A stretch of DNA of 64,000 bases, taken from the NCBI GenBank assembly GCA_041394285.1, contig JAWKIL010000009.1, positions 108,458 through 172,457 of the forward strand, read 5' to 3'. This document shows, one piece after another, positions 9,707 through 20,028 of this stretch. Each line of letters opens with the position of its first letter. Within the stretch, counting starts at the first letter, position 1. A program made the position numbers and the translations under genes. Under the pieces are notes generated by a model. It was not told where the DNA came from. It ran no database searches and worked only from the letters and a program-made list of their open reading frames with translations. The DNA is from Acidimicrobiales bacterium (lineage in GTDB: Bacteria > Actinomycetota > Acidimicrobiia > Acidimicrobiales > SZUA-35).

Positions 9707-9979
9707 ATGGAGACCATCGACGCGATCGAGTTCTACTGGCGCCCCGGCTGCCCGTTCTGCATGTTCCTGGAGCGGTCGTTGGGGGCAGCAAATGTCCCCA
9801 TGAGCAAGCGCAACATCTGGGAGGACCCCGATGCTGCGGCGTATGTCCGCTCGGTGGCGGATGGGAACGAGACGGTCCCCACCATTCGTGTCGGTGGTTG
9901 GTCAGCCGTGAACCCGAGCGCCGACGAGGTGCTGGAAGCCATGAAAGCCGAGGCCCCGCATCTGCTTGCCCAAGGGTAG
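9707..9979 (+). CDS. Mycoredoxin / glutaredoxin-like protein
   Basis: 90 aa. The active site CPFC sits in FYWRPGCPFCMFL, followed by TVPTI. Confidence 0.8.
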   Translation: METIDAIEFYWRPGCPFCMFLERSLGAANVPMSKRNIWEDPDAAAYVRSVADGNETVPTIRVGGWSAVNPSADEVLEAMKAEAPHLLAQG

Positions 9980-10181
9980 GCAACCGGCGAGATGCCTGGG
10001 TGTCAGCTCTGGTGATTCTTGCCCAATGAGGGGCACGGACCTGGCAGAACATCCATCAAGCGACCACCTGGACCGTGAGTTTCGTTGGTTGGAGTTGAGA
10101 AGCACCTGCAGTGGCATTAGAGTCCACTCGCTGGCCTTCGAGCCAGTAATCCCGCCGCAACCAAATAGACAAGGGGACCAC

Positions 10182-10418
10182 GTGTCAGACGACAACGGTC
10201 GAAAGGCCCTGCACGCGTACGTCAGCGATGATGCCCACGATCACTGGCACGGCTTCGCAGCCGAGCAGGGTGTGAGTGTCAGTGCGATCCTCGAAGCGCT
10301 CGCCCCTGAGCTCGACTTCGACGCACCAATGACGCACGAGCAGCTGGGCGCCCGGCTCAACACCGTCGTGAAGTCCGCCAGGAAGATCGATGCTCAGCGC
10401 CGGCGCCGCCGCCGCTGA
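10182..10418 (+). CDS. Small hypothetical protein, possibly a ribbon-helix-helix DNA-binding fold with an Arg-rich tail
   Basis: A GTG start is preceded by aagggga. The pattern is strand (ALHAYVS), helix (DDAHDHWHGFAAEQG), helix (VSVSAILEAL), ending in QRRRRRR. It lies in a lower-GC stretch. The fold call is inference only. Confidence 0.35.
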   Translation: MSDDNGRKALHAYVSDDAHDHWHGFAAEQGVSVSAILEALAPELDFDAPMTHEQLGARLNTVVKSARKIDAQRRRRRR

Positions 10419-10710
10419 TACCCGATCGATACTGCGCAAAACTTCCGGTAACGACACTGCAGGTCCAACGGTGGAGGCGTCACCCGCACGGTGACACCGC
10501 CTGCAGAGTCGGGTAGGGAAGAACCGGTTCGTGCGGATCCGGGGAAACCCAACCAAAAGTACGCAAACCTTGCATTATCGCAGCGGTGGCCCACAGCCGA
10601 TCCCCCCGGATCAGCCGTGGGCCCCCGTCGTTTTCCGGGGGAGGGGGGGCTGCGCCCCCGCCGGACCTACGGCCCGGCTCCCCACCACCGGCAGGGACCC
10701 CAACCCCGCC

Positions 10711-10758
10711 GGGGCGGCTACGCCGCCGTCTTCCGGGGCGGCTACGCCGCCGTTTTCC
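10711..10758. repeat. 24-nt tandem repeat x2 in the long leader upstream of the topoisomerase gene
   Basis: The units are ggggcggctacgccgccgtcttcc and ggggcggctacgccgccgttttcc. A third related core (cgtcgttttccggggg) lies at about 10627. Confidence 0.8.
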
Positions 10759-10920
10759 CGGGATTCCACCAGTTGGAGCCCGTTGTTGGCCATGATCAAG
10801 AGGGACGGGAACCAGGAGGCGGCTCGCGTCCGGTCCGGCACGACCAGGGCGAACACAGGTTCGCCCCCGGTAGGCTGACCCTCTCCCACCAGATCGACGG
10901 AAGCGAGGATCGAGCACGAC

Positions 10921-13359
10921 ATGGCGTCCCGCCAAGACCAGGGTGAACTGATCCCCTTCGCCCGCGAGGTGACCGACGTCCCGGTCGACGCCGAGCTGGG
11001 CGAGTCGTTCCTCGCCTACTCCCTGTCGGTCATCACGTCGCGGGCCATCCCCGACGTGCGCGACGGGCTCAAGCCGGTGCAGCGCCGCATCCTGTACTCG
11101 ATGCGGGAGATGGGCCTGCGGCCCGACCGCCCCCACCGCAAGTGCGCCCACGTGGTGGGCGACGTGATGGCCAAGTTCCACCCCCACGGAGACAGCGCCA
11201 TCTACGACACCCTGGTTCGCCTGGGCCAGGACTTCGCCCGCCCCGTCACCCTGATCGACCCCCAGGGCAACTTCGGCAGCCTCGACGACCCCCCGGCCGC
11301 CTATCGCTACACCGAGTGTCGCCTCACCCCCGCCGCCCTCGACCTGCTGGCCGAGATCGACGAGGAGACCGTCGCCTGGCGCCCCACCTACGACGGCGAG
11401 ACGGTGGAGCCCGAGTACCTGCCCGGCCTGCTGCCCAACCTGCTGGTCAACGGCACGTCGGGCATCGCCGTGGGCATGGCCACCAACATGGCCACCAACA
11501 ACCTGGGCGAGGTGTTCGAGGCCATCAAGCTGGTGATGACCAAGCGCCGCCCCCGGCCCACGATCGACGAGCTGCTGGCCGTGCTCCCCGGGCCCGACTT
11601 CCCCTCGGGCGGCACCGTGATCGATGAGGGCATCCGTGACGCCTACGAGAGCGGGCGGGGCACCATCCGCATCCGGGCCAAGGCCACCGTCATCGACGTC
11701 ACCCGCAGCCGCAAGGGGCTCGAGATCACCGAGCTCCCCTACCTGGTGGGCCCGGAGCGGGTGATCACCAAGGTCAAGGAGCTGATGAACGCCGGCCGGC
11801 TCGACGGTGTGGCCGACATCAAGAACCTGTCAGACCGTCACAGCGGGCTCAAGCTGGTGATCGAGGCCAAGCCGGCCGTCAACCCCCAGGTGCTGCTGGA
11901 GCAGCTCTACCGGCTCACCCCGCTGGAGGAGACGTTCGGCATCAACAACGTGGTGCTGGTGGAGGGCGTGCCCACCACCCTCGGTCTGTACGACCTGTGC
12001 CGCCACTACATCGAGCACCGCATGGACGTGGTGGTCAAGCGCAGCGAGTACCGGCTGCGCAAGGCCCAGGAGCGCCTCCACCTGGTGGAGGGCCTCCTGA
12101 TCGCCATCGACAACATCGACCGGGTGGTGGCCATCATCCGCTCCTCGGGCGACACCCCCGAGGCCCGTAGCCGCCTCATGGAGGAGCTGACGCTGTCGGA
12201 GATCCAGGCCGAGTACGTGCTGGAGCTGCGGCTCCGCCGGCTCACCGCCCTGGCCTACGACGAGCTGGTGGCCGAGAAGGCCGAGCTGCTGCAGCGGATC
12301 AAGGAGCTGGAGAAGATCCTCGGTTCCGAGGCCCGGCGCCGCACGATCGTGATCGACGAGCTCGGGGCGCTGGTCGAGAAGTACGGCCATCCCCGGCGCA
12401 CCCGCATCATCGGGGCCGACGAGGTGCCGGTGGTGACGGTCACGGCCGAGGCCGCAGGCGGCGGAGCAGCCGACGACGACGACGTGGCCGACAATCCCTG
12501 CGTGGTGTCGCTGTCCACCTCCGGCCTGATCGGCCGGGAGCCCCAGGGCACGGCCCGCAGCTACTCCCCCTCCCGCCACGACGTGCTCGACGGGGTGCTG
12601 GTCACGAGCCTCCACCAGCCGGTGTGGGCGTTCACCTCTGGCGGCAAGGTGGCCCGCACCCGGGCCCTCGAGCTGCCCGAGGTCGGCGGCCGCAGCCGGG
12701 GCAAGGCCACCAACGAGGCGTTCGCCACCGAACGGGCCGACACGGTCCTCACCGTCACCGGCGCCACGGGCGGCCCGCTCCTGCTGGTCACCGCACTGGG
12801 CCTGATGAAGCGGGTGGAGCGGGAGGCCCTGGCCGACGTCCGCCCGGGCAAACCGGTGATGACGCTGGCCCCCAACGACCGGGTGATCGCCGTGCTCGAG
12901 ACCACCTCCGACGACGATGTGGTGCTCGTATCCACCGACGCTCAGGCCCTGCGCACGCCAGTGGCCGGGGTGAGCGTGCAGGGCCCGGCGGCCAAGGGCG
13001 TGGCCGGCATGGCCCTGCGGGGCACGGCCCGCGTGATCGGAGCCGGCATCGCCCGCGACGGCGTGATCGTGGTGACCGTGACCGACCGGTCGACGGCCAA
13101 GGTCACCCCGGTCGACGAGATCCCGGTCAAGGGCCGGGGCACGGGCGGCGTGCGGCTCACCAAGTTCCGCGACGAGCAGCGGATCGACTACGCCTGGGTC
13201 GGCATCGCCGAGCGGGCCATGTGCGTGGTGGGCCAGCCCGGGGCCCAGACCAAGCCCGACAACGCACCGGTCCCCCTCTCGATGCGCCCATCCCGTCGAG
13301 ACGGCCCCAGCGCCCCCACCGCCAGCCGCATCCTGGCCGTCGGCTCTCTACGGTGGTGA
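10921..13359 (+). CDS. Type IIA topoisomerase subunit A (ParC/TopoNM-like rather than canonical GyrA)
   Basis: 812 aa. Motifs include RAIPDVRDGLKPVQRRILY and HPHGDSAIYDTLVRLGQDF, with the catalytic Tyr in AAYRYTECRL. I found no GyrA-box (QRRGGKG-like) at the start of the C-terminal domain. Confidence 0.9.
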   Translation: MASRQDQGELIPFAREVTDVPVDAELGESFLAYSLSVITSRAIPDVRDGLKPVQRRILYSMREMGLRPDRPHRKCAHVVGDVMAKFHPHGDSAIYDTLVRLGQDFARPVTLIDPQGNFGSLDDPPAAYRYTECRLTPAALDLLAEIDEETVAWRPTYDGETVEPEYLPGLLPNLLVNGTSGIAVGMATNMATNNLGEVFEAIKLVMTKRRPRPTIDELLAVLPGPDFPSGGTVIDEGIRDAYESGRGTIRIRAKATVIDVTRSRKGLEITELPYLVGPERVITKVKELMNAGRLDGVADIKNLSDRHSGLKLVIEAKPAVNPQVLLEQLYRLTPLEETFGINNVVLVEGVPTTLGLYDLCRHYIEHRMDVVVKRSEYRLRKAQERLHLVEGLLIAIDNIDRVVAIIRSSGDTPEARSRLMEELTLSEIQAEYVLELRLRRLTALAYDELVAEKAELLQRIKELEKILGSEARRRTIVIDELGALVEKYGHPRRTRIIGADEVPVVTVTAEAAGGGAADDDDVADNPCVVSLSTSGLIGREPQGTARSYSPSRHDVLDGVLVTSLHQPVWAFTSGGKVARTRALELPEVGGRSRGKATNEAFATERADTVLTVTGATGGPLLLVTALGLMKRVEREALADVRPGKPVMTLAPNDRVIAVLETTSDDDVVLVSTDAQALRTPVAGVSVQGPAAKGVAGMALRGTARVIGAGIARDGVIVVTVTDRSTAKVTPVDEIPVKGRGTGGVRLTKFRDEQRIDYAWVGIAERAMCVVGQPGAQTKPDNAPVPLSMRPSRRDGPSAPTASRILAVGSLRW

Positions 13360-13364
13360 GGGCG

Positions 13365-15521
<2,157 letters not shown>

Positions 15522-15525
15522 CCCG

Positions 15526-15575
15526 GGATCTGATGCCCCCAACCGTCACCGGTGACGGTTGGGGGCATCAGATCC
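15526..15575. terminator. Perfect 50-nt palindrome (25-bp arms) just after the topoisomerase B stop; hairpin terminator candidate
   Basis: The arms ggatctgatgcccccaaccgtcacc and ggtgacggttgggggcatcagatcc are exact reverse complements. There is no T-tract. Confidence 0.6.
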
Positions 15576-15589
15576 TAAGCTCGACAGGT

Positions 15590-15814
15590 ATGAGCCTGCT
15601 TCACACGCTGCGTGACCGCCTGTTCTTCTGGCGCCAGCGCCAGGCTCCGGGCGACGATCTGACCGTAGACGGCTGCTTCACCCTGCCCGGGGCCCGACTG
15701 GACGACGACGGCGCCGAAGCCTGTGAGGGAACCGTCGGTTCCTTGGGTTCGCCTTCGGCGAACGCTCGGGTCGAGCCGGGCGCCCCCGCCGGGGCCGCCG
15801 ACACCGCCGGTTGA
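15590..15814 (+). CDS. Possible small ORF (74 aa) translationally coupled to trmH-like gene
   Basis: The ATG at 15590 opens MSLLHTLRDRLFFWRQRQ.... Its TGA overlaps the TTG start of the next gene (gTTGA). Third positions are GC-rich. There is no recognisable family and the RBS is weak. Confidence 0.25.
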   Translation: MSLLHTLRDRLFFWRQRQAPGDDLTVDGCFTLPGARLDDDGAEACEGTVGSLGSPSANARVEPGAPAGAADTAG

Positions 15815-16626
15815 TCACCAGCACCCGCAACCCGTCGATCCGGGCCGCCCAGGCTCTGGCCAAGCGGCGGGACCGCCTGGCCCGGCGCCAGTTCCTCATC
15901 GAGGGGCGCCGGGAGCTGAGCCGGGCCCTGGCCGCCGGGGTGGAGGTGGTCCAGCTCTTCACCGATCCGGCCCGCCTCGGACCCGACGAGGCCGAGCTGG
16001 TGGACGCGGCGGCTGCCGGCGGGGCCGACGTGATCGACGTGTCGGCCGAGGTGCTGGACCGGCTCGGCTACCGGGCCGGCACCGAGCCCCTGGTGGCGGT
16101 GGCCGCCATGTTCGACACCTCGCTGGCCGGCCTGGCCCTGCCCCCGGCCGCTCCCCTGCTGCTGGTGATGGCCGGGGTCGAGAAGCCGGGCAACATCGGG
16201 GCCATGCTGCGCACGGCGGCGGCCGCCGCGGTCGACGCCGTGGTGGTGGCCGACCCGGTGGCCGACGTGTTCAACCCCAACGTGGTCCGGGCCTCCGTCG
16301 GCGCCCTGTTCACCGTGCCGGTGGCCGTGGCCGGGGGGGCCGAGGCCGTCGGCTGGCTCCGGAGCCGCGGCATCGCCGTGTTGGCCGCCACCCCCGACGG
16401 TGGGCGACCCCACTGGGAGGTCCCGCTGACCGGCCCGGCGGCGGTGGTGGTGGGGGCCGAGCACGCCGGGCTGTCGCCCGAGTGGCTGGCAGCGGCCGAC
16501 GACCAGCTCACGATCCCCATGCCCCCCGAGAGTGCCTCCGGGGCCGACTCGATGAACGTCGGCACGGCCGCCGCCGTCCTGCTGTTCGAAGCCGTCCGTC
16601 AACGGGCCCCTGCACCCCGAAATTAG
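15811..16626 (+). CDS. TrmH/SpoU-family RNA 2'-O-methyltransferase
   Basis: The N-terminus is ITSTRNPSIRAAQAL. The SpoU motifs GNIGAMLRTAAA and the C-terminal IPMPPESASGADSMNVGTAAAVLLFE are present. The start codon is TTG. Confidence 0.85.
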   Translation: MITSTRNPSIRAAQALAKRRDRLARRQFLIEGRRELSRALAAGVEVVQLFTDPARLGPDEAELVDAAAAGGADVIDVSAEVLDRLGYRAGTEPLVAVAAMFDTSLAGLALPPAAPLLLVMAGVEKPGNIGAMLRTAAAAAVDAVVVADPVADVFNPNVVRASVGALFTVPVAVAGGAEAVGWLRSRGIAVLAATPDGGRPHWEVPLTGPAAVVVGAEHAGLSPEWLAAADDQLTIPMPPESASGADSMNVGTAAAVLLFEAVRQRAPAPRN

Positions 16627-16667
16627 GAGCCTGAGCGGCGCTGAGCGCCGCTCAGGCTCCTAATTTC
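16619..16667. terminator. Perfect palindrome (23-bp arms, 3-nt loop) shared by two convergent genes; bidirectional terminator candidate
   Basis: The sequence is gaaattaggagcctgagcggcgc tga gcgccgctcaggctcctaatttc. The TAG stops of the trmH-like gene (16624-16626) and helD (16660-16662, minus strand) both lie inside the arms. Confidence 0.65.
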
Positions 16668-18864
16668 GGGTGGGTTCGGCCTCGACCTGGAGGGCGGCCG
16701 GGAGGGGCTGGGCGTGAACCACGCCCAGGTGCTGCACGGCCCGGGTCATGGCCACGTAGAGATGGCGCAGGCCGTTGTCGAGAGCAGCGATCTCGGCCGG
16801 CTCCACCACCACCACGGCGTCGAACTCGAGGCCTTTGGCCGTGGCCGGGTCGAGGACAGCCACTGCGTCGCCGCCCGGCAGGCCCGAGGGCCCGACGGTG
16901 CCGGCCGGCGTGCCGGCGGCGGCCAGGGCGGTGCTCAGCTCGCCCAGGCGATGGCCGGCCGCCACCACGGCCACGCTGGCCACGCGTTCACGTAGCGCCG
17001 CCACCTCGGTGGCCACGGTCGAACCGAGATCGTCCTCGGTCACCGCCAACACGAGCGGCGGGTCGCCGCCGGGCCGGACCGACCGGGCCGGGGTGACGCC
17101 GGGGGCGGCCTCGGGCAGCAGGCGGTTGGCCACGTCGAGGATGGCGGCCGGCACCCGGTAGCCCACGGTCAGCTCGGTCCGCCGCACCGCCGGCCCACCC
17201 ACCCCCGGAACTCTGACGCCCGGTCCCGCATAGGCCGTTGCCAGGTCAGAGTTGCCGGGCAGGGCGGCGGTGAGCGCCTCGAGGGCGGCGTCCCAGGATC
17301 CGGCGGAGTCCACCGCCGTGGCCTGGGCCAGGTCGCCGAGCACGGTCATGGAGCCGCCCTCGGCCCGGCGGGCCAGCATGCGCAGCGCCATGGGCGACAG
17401 GTCCTGGGCCTCGTCCACCACCACGTGGCCGTAGGTGGCGGGCACGCCGGCGCACAGGTGCTGGGCCTCGTCGAGCAGGGGCAGGTCGGCCGCCGTCCAG
17501 GGCGTGTCGTCGACCTTGGGCGTCGCCTTGCGCCGCAGCAGCTTCTGCTCGGCCGACGTCAGCAGGCCGGCCCCCGCCTCGCTCAGCCGCTTGGGCGAGG
17601 CGAGCAGCCCGGCCACCACCGCCGCCGGGCTGAGCGTGGGCCACATCTTGTCCAGCGCCGCCTTGAACCGGGTGTCGGCCCGCAGCCCGCCGGTGAACAG
17701 CGGCTCGGATCCGGGATCCACCCCGGGCCGGACGCTGTGACGGCGCCACGCCTCCTGCAGCACGAGGTTGCGGAACACGTCGCGCCCCTGGTTGGCCGGC
17801 AGGCGGCGGGCCTGCACGGTCTTCTGCAGCTGCTCCAGGTCGTCCTCGGCGAGGCGGACGGTGTAGATGCCCGACCGCATCTCGAGGCCGCCGGCCAGGG
17901 GTCGGATCCGGGCCCACACCGCGGCCCGCACCACCTCGGCCATCACCGGCGAGCCCTTGAGCCGGATCACGTCGTCGGTGTCGGCGGCCCGCACCCGGAA
18001 CCGGGCGGCGAGCAGGCCGGCCACCGTGGTCTGGGTGACGGCGGTCTCGCCCAGCGACGGGAGCACGTCGGCGATGTAGCGGAGGAACACTGGGTTGGGC
18101 CCCACCACGAGCACCCGCCGGTCGATCAGGCGCGTGCGGTGCTCGAACAGCAGGAAGGCGGCCCGGTGGAGGCCGACTGCCGTCTTGCCCGTTCCCGGCC
18201 CGCCCTGCACCACCAGCAGCTCGGCCAGCGGGGCCCGGATGATCTCGTCCTGCTCGGCGGCGATGGTGGCCACGATGTCTCGCATCGAGCCGGTACGGGA
18301 CCGTTCCAGCTCGGCCAGCAGGGGGTCGGGCAGGCCGCCGGCCGCCGGGCTGTCGGGATCGTCGAGGGCCTCGTCGAGCAGAGCCACGATCCGACGGTCC
18401 TCCACCACGAACCGCCGCCGGTGGGTGAGGCCACAGGGGTCGACGGCGGTGGCCCGGTAGAAGGCGGCGGCCACCGGGGCCCGCCAGTCGACCACCACCG
18501 GGCGGGACCGTTCGTCCTCCACGTGACGCCGCCCCACGTACCACTGCTCGGCGTCCTCGGTGCGGATCCGGCCGAAGGCCAGCGGCCCACCGACGTCGCG
18601 CAGCGCGGCCTCCCGGCGCTGGAGGTGGAAGCGGGCGATGCGGGCGTCGACCGTGTTCTCCTGGGCCACCGCCCGGTCGGACACGGCGCGGGCCTGTGCC
18701 GCCTTGGCGGCCATGGCCGCCAGGTGGGCGTAGGCCTCGTCGAGCCAGCGCTGCTCGGCGGTCAGCTCTTGGTCGCCGTCGGCCCCGCCGTCACCGGCAT
18801 CGCCGGCGACGCGAGCTGCGGCTTCAGACATCGGCCGGTCCGGCGCCAGTGGCGGCCAGGCCAC
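16660..18864 (-). CDS. helD: HelD-type UvrD-like helicase (RNA polymerase recycling ATPase)
   Basis: 734 aa. An N-terminal coiled-coil region is followed by WYVGRRHVEDERSRPVVVDWRAP, the Walker A motif GGPGTGKTAVGLHRAAFL, and C-terminal GLEFDAVVVVEP. The start may be the second Met at 18831. Confidence 0.75.
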   Translation of the reverse strand: MAWPPLAPDRPMSEAAARVAGDAGDGGADGDQELTAEQRWLDEAYAHLAAMAAKAAQARAVSDRAVAQENTVDARIARFHLQRREAALRDVGGPLAFGRIRTEDAEQWYVGRRHVEDERSRPVVVDWRAPVAAAFYRATAVDPCGLTHRRRFVVEDRRIVALLDEALDDPDSPAAGGLPDPLLAELERSRTGSMRDIVATIAAEQDEIIRAPLAELLVVQGGPGTGKTAVGLHRAAFLLFEHRTRLIDRRVLVVGPNPVFLRYIADVLPSLGETAVTQTTVAGLLAARFRVRAADTDDVIRLKGSPVMAEVVRAAVWARIRPLAGGLEMRSGIYTVRLAEDDLEQLQKTVQARRLPANQGRDVFRNLVLQEAWRRHSVRPGVDPGSEPLFTGGLRADTRFKAALDKMWPTLSPAAVVAGLLASPKRLSEAGAGLLTSAEQKLLRRKATPKVDDTPWTAADLPLLDEAQHLCAGVPATYGHVVVDEAQDLSPMALRMLARRAEGGSMTVLGDLAQATAVDSAGSWDAALEALTAALPGNSDLATAYAGPGVRVPGVGGPAVRRTELTVGYRVPAAILDVANRLLPEAAPGVTPARSVRPGGDPPLVLAVTEDDLGSTVATEVAALRERVASVAVVAAGHRLGELSTALAAAGTPAGTVGPSGLPGGDAVAVLDPATAKGLEFDAVVVVEPAEIAALDNGLRHLYVAMTRAVQHLGVVHAQPLPAALQVEAEPTRN
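17207..17256. repeat. ~50-nt palindromic element lying in-frame inside helD (second copy at 49125-49173)
   Basis: The arms are ggaactctgac...gtcagagtt(g)cc. The same arms and part of the spacer recur in the intergenic spacer at 49.1 kb. Here it encodes PGNSDLATAYAGPGVRVPG. Confidence 0.6.
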
Positions 18865-19942
18865 CGCCCCCGCCGTCCCCCGGCTCGACCCCGCCGGCCG
18901 GTTCCTCGACCGGGCCCGACAGGTTGCGGTACAGCAGCGACAGCCCGATCCCCCACAGCACGGTGGCGGCGCCGTTGCCCAGGGCGCCGAAGAGCTGGCG
19001 GATGGCGAGCACGGCCGGATTCGAACCCAGCAGCTCCTCGAGCGGGATCCGCTCGGCCCCGGGCTGGAGGCTCGACGCCCCCTCGCCCCCGATGGCGGCG
19101 AACGGACTGGCCACCAGGCTGGCCAGCACGCTGAGCATCAACCCCACCAGCACCAGCAGGAGGCAACGGCCGAACACGGCCCAGAACCGGCCCTGGGTCA
19201 GATCCCAGCTGATGCGGAGGGCTCTGGTGCCGGGCGGGGCCAGGGCGGCCGCCACCGGTGCCAGGCACAGGCGGACCAGGGCCAGCACCGAGCCCACGAG
19301 CCACAGCGGGAAGGTGAGCAGCACCAGCGCCGGGGCGAAAGCGATGCTGGCGGCCACCATGCCGTACAGCACACCCAGGATCCCGAGCAGGGCGGCCCCC
19401 ACACCCAGGGACCGGACGAGGCGGGCGCCGGTGCCGGCCAGCGACACCGACCACGGCTCGGGCCGCTCGTCCAGCTCGGCCTGGGCCTGGCGGGCCGAGG
19501 CCACGATGAGCACCAGGCTGGCCACCGCCACGAGCAGCGAGGACAGCCCGACGAGAACGTAGAGGCCGGCGCTGCCTCCGGGGTTGTCGAAGGCGATGGT
19601 GCCGGCATCGGCGTCGGTGGTGATCACGGCCTCGCGCAGGGCGAGCCACAGGGCCAATCCGTTCAGCAGGGTGGTCGGCACCATGAGCAGCACCACCAGG
19701 GGAAAGAAGTGCCCGGCCCGCGCCTTGCCGATGCGGACGGCTTCGCGCAGCCACTCCCCGGGAGCGGTCAGCCCGTGCCTCGGTCCGCTCGGGACGGCGC
19801 CGGTGCCGGGAGCAGGGGGCGGTTCGCCGACGTGCTCGGTCCAGGCGGTGCCGTCCCACCAGCGCAGGCCGGCGCCCGTGCCGGGGTCGGGATACCAGCC
19901 GGGTGGAGGGCCGCCGGTGGGCGGTGGGGGCGGATCGGACAT
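18824..19942 (-). CDS. DUF2510-type N-terminal domain membrane protein
   Basis: The ATG at 19942 opens MSDPPPPPTGGPPPGWYPDPGTGAGLRWWDGTAWTEH, followed by about 6 hydrophobic helices. The longer track ORF runs into the neighbouring gene in another frame. Confidence 0.6.
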   Translation of the reverse strand: MSDPPPPPTGGPPPGWYPDPGTGAGLRWWDGTAWTEHVGEPPPAPGTGAVPSGPRHGLTAPGEWLREAVRIGKARAGHFFPLVVLLMVPTTLLNGLALWLALREAVITTDADAGTIAFDNPGGSAGLYVLVGLSSLLVAVASLVLIVASARQAQAELDERPEPWSVSLAGTGARLVRSLGVGAALLGILGVLYGMVAASIAFAPALVLLTFPLWLVGSVLALVRLCLAPVAAALAPPGTRALRISWDLTQGRFWAVFGRCLLLVLVGLMLSVLASLVASPFAAIGGEGASSLQPGAERIPLEELLGSNPAVLAIRQLFGALGNGAATVLWGIGLSLLYRNLSGPVEEPAGGVEPGDGGGGGLAATGAGPADV

Positions 19943-20028
19943 GGAAGGATCGGTTCCTGGGCTTCGGAGGTGGTTGCGGGTCGGTTGACCGGGGCGGAGC
20001 CGAGGCCGAACCCGGCTCGGGCGCCCCC

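Noticed and set aside
10090-10163. A tRNA-like fragment: a T-arm-like ctggc-cttcga-gccag followed by ...gcaacca.
   Set aside because: The loop is 6 nt rather than 7. The distance from the T-stem to CCA is 17 nt rather than about 11. No matching acceptor 5' strand or anticodon arm could be drawn.
10611-10922. A minus-strand 103-aa ORF divergent from the topoisomerase gene. It encodes the tandem repeat as ENGGVAAPEDGGVAAP.
   Set aside because: There is no RBS, no recognisable domain and poor codon bias. It would leave zero promoter space for the topoisomerase gene. It is more likely non-coding leader DNA.
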